Under the pieces are notes generated by a model that saw nothing but the letters and a program-made list of their open reading frames with translations, had not been told where the DNA came from and ran no database searches. DNA of 64,000 bases, taken from the NCBI GenBank assembly GCA_965116875.1, contig OZ220733.1:5280001-5344000 (forward strand), written 5' to 3'. Position 1 is the first letter of the stretch; every line of letters starts with the position of its first letter. A program made the translations under genes and the position numbers. The stretch comes from Candidatus Latescibacterota bacterium (lineage in GTDB: Bacteria; Latescibacterota; UBA2968; GCA-2709665). Shown here piece by piece: positions 58,352-64,000 of the stretch.

Positions 58352-58992
58352 CACAACTGTCCAATAACCGGTTTGATTCACTACGTAGGCCGGGAAAGTG
58401 CGCAAAATAAACGGATGGAAAAACCGTCCACAGCCAGGGCGAAATGTATCCTTTACAAGTGAGCGCAAATGCTATGCAGGGGAGGCCGATAGGCTGGCCA
58501 GTTGTTCGCGCACAAGTTCTTCTACAAAGGGCGCGTACTAAACGTACATTCGAGAATAAGGGAGATTCTTCGCTGCGCTATGATTGGCATATCTTGCGAT
58601 AACACATTGGCGAAACGTGTCGGCCAGGTGACGGCAAAAACTGTCATCCAGAGGAGGCCTGGGTGCAACATCCACGAAGTGCATCGGTTTCACTTGACGC
58701 CAGACTTTCATCCAGGGCCGGCACTCAGGCCGACGAAGGATCTACTGCAGCATGTGATTATCCTTGTGCGGTTTTCACATTTCGATACCTGAGAGGCAGC
58801 ACGTGCGCCACCAACGCGGGACGGAAGCGGCGAACGATGCTTCGACTCCGCTTAGAATGCCAAGTGTTGAAAAAAACGCGAACCCCTGGCAACCTGATTT
58901 TCGTTAACCAGGTCAAACCCGTCCAAAATCGCCAATAGAATCCACTCTCCGAACCTCATCTCCAGGAATCCCCCGGTTCTTGGACAGCAGTG
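58352..58992 (-). mobile_element. MITE-A copy 3, full length, no IS inserted
   Basis: Termini cacaactgtccaataacc / ggttcttggacagcagtg; flanks ggtcaataa and gggcaattt agree at 6 of 9 positions. Confidence 0.85.
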
Positions 58993-59240
58993 GGGCAATT
59001 TGAAAAACACCTTGGTGATCTATTCCAGAAAGGAATATATATCGGTTGCGTCAGAAGAATCCCAATTCTCTCGGCAATTGAGCGTACGCGCTCCGAACAC
59101 GAAGGCTGCAACCCCTTATGTTGACTGTTTCATTGCGTAAAATTGTCCTCTTGCAACCATATACGCCGACAGCCCCCTTCGCTCCAGGCAATAAGAGGGC
59201 TGTTGTCAAGGTCGCGCAATCGCCTTGTCTTTTCAATTCG

Positions 59241-59426
59241 CTACACCGATGTCTTCCGGCGTTCTCCACTGTAAAATCCAACCCGCTCGTCCTGGGACAT
59301 ATCTTTCGTCTGCCGATAATGCATCTGGCGAATGAAATGCAATTCCTGCATCATTTCATCATTTGGAAATTCCTTCCGAACTTCCTCCCAAATCTTCTCC
59401 TTCTCAGAAGGTGTTATTTCCTCCAT
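59241..59426 (-). CDS. Small antitoxin-like protein downstream of a PIN pseudogene
   Basis: AGGAG RBS; IWEEVRKEFPNDEMMQELHFIR. Confidence 0.65.
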   Translation of the reverse strand: MEEITPSEKEKIWEEVRKEFPNDEMMQELHFIRQMHYRQTKDMSQDERVGFYSGERRKTSV

Positions 59427-59436
59427 CGCCGATCTC

Positions 59437-59694
59437 CTACAATTCAGGCGGGGCGATCCGCTATATCGGCCCATAGCCTGTCATCGCATTGATCAAGTTA
59501 ACTTCTCTGCGAATATTCACCCTTACAAGGAGCTTGAAGTTCCAACTGCAAAAATACCCGATTCCATTGGCAACCGCAACTGCAACATGATTGGCATCAT
59601 CTACATGTCTCTCGGAAAAGACACCTCTAACGACGTATTCTCGTGCCAGCGCGTCGGCTTTGCAAAGAATGGGTATTCCCTCCTGAACTCGCAA
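59437..59694 (-). pseudogene. PIN-domain (VapC-like) toxin remnant
   Basis: DDANHVAVAV..SWNFKLLV..INAMTGYGPI*RIAPPEL; N-terminus missing, in-frame TAG. Confidence 0.75.
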
Positions 59695-59818
59695 TCATCT
59701 GAGAAGCACCATTGATGTTTTACAGCAAAACCTCGACCCAATCTGTGTGCATAATTATTCGCATAACCTGGTTACCGTAAGGCGCTAGGGTCCCCCCACC
59801 GCATCAGCCGTCGCCGGT

Positions 59819-59962
59819 CCCTTCGGCCCTTCGACAATCCTTCGGCAGGCTTGCTTCGACAGGCTCAGCACAAGCAGGACAACGGCTCAGGGACCGCTGG
59901 CTCAGGGCAAGTGTCAGGGGACCGGCTCGGCTTCTGCGACTCCCCCTCAAGGGGGGAGTAAT
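59819..59962. repeat. Cluster of REP-like palindromes
   Basis: cttcgacaggctcag units (inverted relative at 54604-54623); actccccctcaaggggggagt hairpin. Confidence 0.6.
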
Positions 59963-60212
59963 CCGGAGGCGCTGCGAGCCGAGGCGGGCGAATGTCAGGC
60001 CGAGCATTATTCGATTTGCTTGTGAAACGCTGCCGTGGCGCGACGTTCTCGACGACGGCGGGGATGAACACAACATCAACCCGCGATCGAGGCGAGTACG
60101 CAACCATCAGATCAATCCTATTACCGGACGCGATGCGTCTGTAAGGTACTTTATTGGGACACCAGGTTTAACACATCGACGCCGAACGTGTCCGTCGATA
60201 CGCAACCCTTAG

Positions 60213-60372
60213 CAGCCCGTTGAAAAAGACCATCCGGGCTACGGCCGGCCCTTGCGGTCGAAATACTGCGTTGCGCCCCCTCGCCGAATCGCTGGATGGG
60301 ACTCGGTTGCGCGCCTTGTCTTCGACCACAATGGCTCGGCCTCGCCTGCAGAGCGACTTTATCAACGGACTG
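60213..60372. mobile_element. MITE-C copy 2 (160 bp, TTAG duplication)
   Basis: Near-identical to 45892-46051. Confidence 0.88.
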
Positions 60373-60377
60373 TTAGG

Positions 60378-61103
60378 TCAGTCCTTGGGCTTCGATCGAT
60401 GAAAGTACCACACGTTGGGTTCTCGATACGTGCCTCGATTCGTCTCAAGATCTATCGAGACAGGCGCCAGTCCGTCCGGAATGCAGTAGGATCCCGATGT
60501 TGAAAATCGCATTCCCGTCCATTTCTCCCAGTCCTGGATCGTTGCAGTCACCGTAACCGATTCGTGCATGAAACCCAGTCTCTCGCCACCCAGTTCCTCG
60601 TGGACACGCAGCCACGGATCCAGCAAACGACCCTTCCCATCCCGACGGTTGGCGTACGTTTCAATTGACTCTTCCGGAAAGACGTGCTTCCGACTCGGCC
60701 TTACTGGCGCCAGAAAGCCGCGCAATCCCTTTGCTTCCGACAGAGATCGCATTTCGGAAAGGATCTTTCGACTGAGTCCCTTACGGCGATACATCGGCCG
60801 CACGAGAACGCCGACAGCACAGAGTACACCCGCGGTCCTCAAGGGCCAATGGGCCGGATCAACCACCTCGTCAATCGAAGAAGGCAAACGACCGTCGTGT
60901 ATCCACTCGAGCGGAACGGACAGGCCCGCGGCCACCAGGGCATTGTGTTCGAGGACGAGGATCTGGAAGCCCTGAAACTCGGTGTAAATGGAAGACCAGT
61001 TCCTTACGTCCGAGCGCAATAGAAACTCGGGCCAGGTGGCATCGTTGAGTTCCTTCAAGGCGCCGGACATCTCGGGCATACGGTCAAGCGTAACCAGTTC
61101 CAT
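60378..61103 (-). CDS. GNAT-like transferase
   Basis: VRPMYRRKGLS, APVRP, DPWLRVH, YREPNVW. Confidence 0.8.
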   Translation of the reverse strand: MELVTLDRMPEMSGALKELNDATWPEFLLRSDVRNWSSIYTEFQGFQILVLEHNALVAAGLSVPLEWIHDGRLPSSIDEVVDPAHWPLRTAGVLCAVGVLVRPMYRRKGLSRKILSEMRSLSEAKGLRGFLAPVRPSRKHVFPEESIETYANRRDGKGRLLDPWLRVHEELGGERLGFMHESVTVTATIQDWEKWTGMRFSTSGSYCIPDGLAPVSIDLETNRGTYREPNVWYFHRSKPKD

Positions 61104-61172
61104 TAACGAGATCGCATTGCAAGAAATCGAGGACGCCGTTATCTTCAGACGTTGATGTGTGCAGCCAAAAGT

Positions 61173-61652
61173 TCAACCATGCTGATCTGATTCATCCATC
61201 AATGCCATCCGAACGAACTCGAACATGCCTCCGTTCGTCCGGTTCATGAAATGTTCGACTTCCCTGAAACCGATTCGATGATAGACCATGATCGCGCGTT
61301 TGTTGAATGTTGCGACCCGAAGCTGGATGGTCTTCGGGGAGAATCGGGTTCTTGCGAAGTCCAGGCCCGCTCGGGCAAAGTCCGCCCCCAAACCCCTTCC
61401 CGTAAGATCCGGTCGAAGCCCCAGACCGAAATCCACCACGCCGTCCGCGACCTGGAATGCGAAGAAACCGACCAGGTCGCCTGCGCAGTCCCGAACGCCA
61501 AACATCGAGTCGCCTCTTAGCGCTGGATCCAGAAGCTCCTCAAGATCTTCGGGATCCGCTTCCGCGTCATAGAAGGCATACTCGCCCTCGTAATGCCACG
61601 TGGCGATCGTCTCGGCATCCGACTGAGTCAGAGGTTCAATGCGGAATTGCAC
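61173..61652 (-). CDS. GNAT acetyltransferase
   Basis: GLGLRPDLTGRGLG, VATFNKRAIMVY; GTG 61652. Confidence 0.85.
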   Translation of the reverse strand: MQFRIEPLTQSDAETIATWHYEGEYAFYDAEADPEDLEELLDPALRGDSMFGVRDCAGDLVGFFAFQVADGVVDFGLGLRPDLTGRGLGADFARAGLDFARTRFSPKTIQLRVATFNKRAIMVYHRIGFREVEHFMNRTNGGMFEFVRMALMDESDQHG

Positions 61653-61684
61653 CGGATTTGCTCCATTCTTCTTCGATTTGGCGT

Positions 61685-62155
61685 TTAACCCGTTTTCGCC
61701 TCCCGACGGCGCAGGCGCTCCAGGCTCTCCTGAGGCCACACTTCGTTCCTGTCGTATCCCTTTTCAAACTGTGGAACGTCAGCTGGCAACTCGAGCCAGG
61801 CGTGCTTGTCCTCGGTCCAGATGTGTGCGCCAATCTCGAGTACCCTGACGTCATCCAGCGTTCTCGATTTCAGAAGCGCCGTTGCCGGGTGATTCGTGGC
61901 AGTCCTGTAAATGACATCACCGCAGGACTTGCAGATGAATTCCGTTCGTTGCGTCGATATCTTCCTGGAGGAAACGTTGCCCTGATTGATCATGATGTCG
62001 CTTTCCAGGACGATCGTTGTAATTCGGAAGGCGGAACCGGAAGCCTTCTGGCAATCGAGGCAGTGACATGCATGCACGAATAGTGGCGTGTTCAGAAGTC
62101 TGTATCGGACCTCTCCGCAACTGCATCCGCCGGTGAAGCGGGAGCACCTGTTCAC
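61685..62155 (-). CDS. GFA family protein
   Basis: GGCSCG, CHCLDCQK, CKSCG, HIWTEDK. Confidence 0.88.
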   Translation of the reverse strand: MNRCSRFTGGCSCGEVRYRLLNTPLFVHACHCLDCQKASGSAFRITTIVLESDIMINQGNVSSRKISTQRTEFICKSCGDVIYRTATNHPATALLKSRTLDDVRVLEIGAHIWTEDKHAWLELPADVPQFEKGYDRNEVWPQESLERLRRREAKTG

Positions 62156-62177
62156 ATGTTTCTCCAATCGCGTTGCT

Positions 62178-63116
62178 TTATTGGCAACCGGCGAGGCCCG
62201 CATCAAAGTAGCTCCTTAGTCGGGGATAGGCCATCCGTTTGTATTCATCGGGAAAGCTGTGACCGCATTTTTGCACGGTAAGCAGCAGGTGATCGGACAG
62301 ACCCTCCGGTTCGTAGAACTCGCGCCGGGCCTCCTCGAAATATCCTCGAATCTGCGCGATCGTCTCAGGGGTTTTCTCCAGAGATTGCAGCACGGTCATC
62401 AGATAGCGCGGCGCGATCGCAAGAAGGTTCTTCTTTGTCACTCGCCCGGTTACGAGCGCCACTTTGACGCGCGGATCCCGAGCCATCGTACTGGCAGCCT
62501 GCGCCGATCCCATCGAATGACCGATCACGCCGATGCGTTCCGAATCCACAAAATCCAGTGCTGAAAGAACATCGACCGCGCGGATGCCATCGTACGCGTG
62601 CTTGAACCAGAAAGGCCGTCCCAGAGGTTCGCTCAGAATCTGATGGCAGTGCCTGTTCTCATAGGGATGTCTGACAGCGGGAACACTGCGCTCTCCGCAA
62701 TTTATCGCATCGGGCGCCAGAACGACAAATCCTTGAATAACAAGCTCATAACCATAGGCTTGATCGGGGCGTTGGACGGCCTTTCCAACAACGGCATCCT
62801 TTGCAATGATGCAGTCCGTGTTGCACTGATGAAAGGCAACCATTGCCGGGTAGGGTGGTGAGAATCGCTCATCTTTAGGGATCAGGAGATATGCCGGAAC
62901 TCGTCGTCCCGACAACTGAGGCATCGTTTCTTCCGTCTCAACGCGGTAATTGATCTTCCATTCTTCGTAAACGTGTTCACGATCAGACCGATAGTGCTTG
63001 TCCAGAACCTGCACGTCGAGCGGAGGAGGAACAGGATATTCAGCCATTTCCTCCTTAATCTGCCCTATGAAATGTTCACGTTCCTGTCTGATGGACATGA
63101 TCATGATATGGCTCAA
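62178..63116 (-). CDS. Dienelactone-hydrolase-like alpha/beta hydrolase
   Basis: GFVVLAPD, RIGVIGHSMG, GHSF. Confidence 0.85.
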   Translation of the reverse strand: MSHIMIMSIRQEREHFIGQIKEEMAEYPVPPPLDVQVLDKHYRSDREHVYEEWKINYRVETEETMPQLSGRRVPAYLLIPKDERFSPPYPAMVAFHQCNTDCIIAKDAVVGKAVQRPDQAYGYELVIQGFVVLAPDAINCGERSVPAVRHPYENRHCHQILSEPLGRPFWFKHAYDGIRAVDVLSALDFVDSERIGVIGHSMGSAQAASTMARDPRVKVALVTGRVTKKNLLAIAPRYLMTVLQSLEKTPETIAQIRGYFEEARREFYEPEGLSDHLLLTVQKCGHSFPDEYKRMAYPRLRSYFDAGLAGCQ

Positions 63117-63132
63117 TCACCATGGGTCGTGA

Positions 63133-64000
63133 TCAACGTTTGTTCCGGTCACGGGGGTTAATGCCTGACGCCAACTCCCGCAGCACGTCGACCGCTATGA
63201 GTACGTCTTCTCTTCGACAGTCGAACTGTCCGACCTGGAAGCGAATGACGAACTGTCCCTCGTGGATTGTATGCGTCAGGTAAATCCGGCCGTCGTCATT
63301 CACGGCGCGGAGCAGGCGTCTGGTGGCGTCGCTGGCATCCTCTCCGACGGGCGCATACTGGAACGTGAATAGCGACAGGCGGCAATCCGTCGTCAGGCGA
63401 AATCCGTCCAGCGATGCGATCTCCGCGGCCGCCTCCTCGGCCCACGCAATATGGTTCCGGATCCGCCGGCGGAGATCTTCCAGGCCGTGGGCTCGAAGCA
63501 AAAACCAGAGCTTGAGCGCACGGAACCTGCGCCCCAGCGGGATCGTCCACTCGCTGTAGTTGGTGACCTCGGACTGCCCGAGTGTCTCCAGGTATTCCGG
63601 CCGGATCCCCAGGGTGCGGACCTGCGGTTCCGGGTCCGCGAGAAACTGAATCGAGCAGTCGAACTGTGCACCGAGCCACTTATGGGGATTGAATACGATG
63701 CTGTCCGCGCTCTCGACGCCGTCCCACAATCCACGTAGCTCGGGACAGATCATTGCCGAACCGGCCCACGCGGCGTCCACGTGGACGTAGAGGTCGAACT
63801 CCCGTGCGACTTCGACGGCCGGACGTACATTGTCGGACGCGCCGACCGACGTGCCGCCGACACAGAGGACGACGCCGGCCGGAAGGAGCCCCGCGGCCCG
63901 GTCGTCGCGGACCGACTCGCGAAGCGCCTCCGGGTCGAGCGCGCCGGACCGTTCCGTGGGCACTTTGACGAGGTTCCGCTGGCCGATCCCGGCGATTCGC
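63133..64000 (-). CDS. Group II PLP-dependent decarboxylase (aromatic amino acid type), 5'-partial
   Basis: HVDAAWAG, FNPHKW, LGRRFRALKLWF. Confidence 0.92.
   Translation of the reverse strand, partial: RIAGIGQRNLVKVPTERSGALDPEALRESVRDDRAAGLLPAGVVLCVGGTSVGASDNVRPAVEVAREFDLYVHVDAAWAGSAMICPELRGLWDGVESADSIVFNPHKWLGAQFDCSIQFLADPEPQVRTLGIRPEYLETLGQSEVTNYSEWTIPLGRRFRALKLWFLLRAHGLEDLRRRIRNHIAWAEEAAAEIASLDGFRLTTDCRLSLFTFQYAPVGEDASDATRRLLRAVNDDGRIYLTHTIHEGQFVIRFQVGQFDCRREDVLIAVDVLRELASGINPRDRNKR

Noticed and set aside
1-64000. Integron, prophage, rRNA or tRNA genes
   Set aside because: No tyrosine integrase, recurring attC, phage structural genes or RNA-gene signatures seen

Overview
GC-rich bacterial accessory region with no rRNA, tRNA or CRISPR array detected. 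About 55 short enzyme genes (GNAT, NUDIX, GFA, VOC, hydrolases, aminoglycoside-modifying-enzyme homologues) lie almost all on the minus strand, interleaved with several families of non-coding repeats and MITEs. Main observations: (1) an intact IS110-family, IS1111-type element (35223-36801) with 12-bp subterminal inverted repeats, a CT core and a ~420-nt downstream non-coding region in which putative bridge/seek-RNA guides can be read; it is nested in a ~640-680-bp MITE with a 9-bp target duplication, and its predicted target also occurs unoccupied in a heptamer-repeat family; (2) two tandem His/CxxC/RAPP leader ORFs before a ZnuD-like TonB receptor; (3) a strictly 14-bp-periodic AT-rich array upstream of an orphan higA; (4) a stand-alone SIR2-like/SEC-C gene; (5) a triplicated sigma-54 promoter/enhancer module before tandem ABC permeases; (6) six antitoxin-like genes whose toxins are absent or broken. 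All calls come from manual reading of sequence and motifs; no database search or RNA folding was run.
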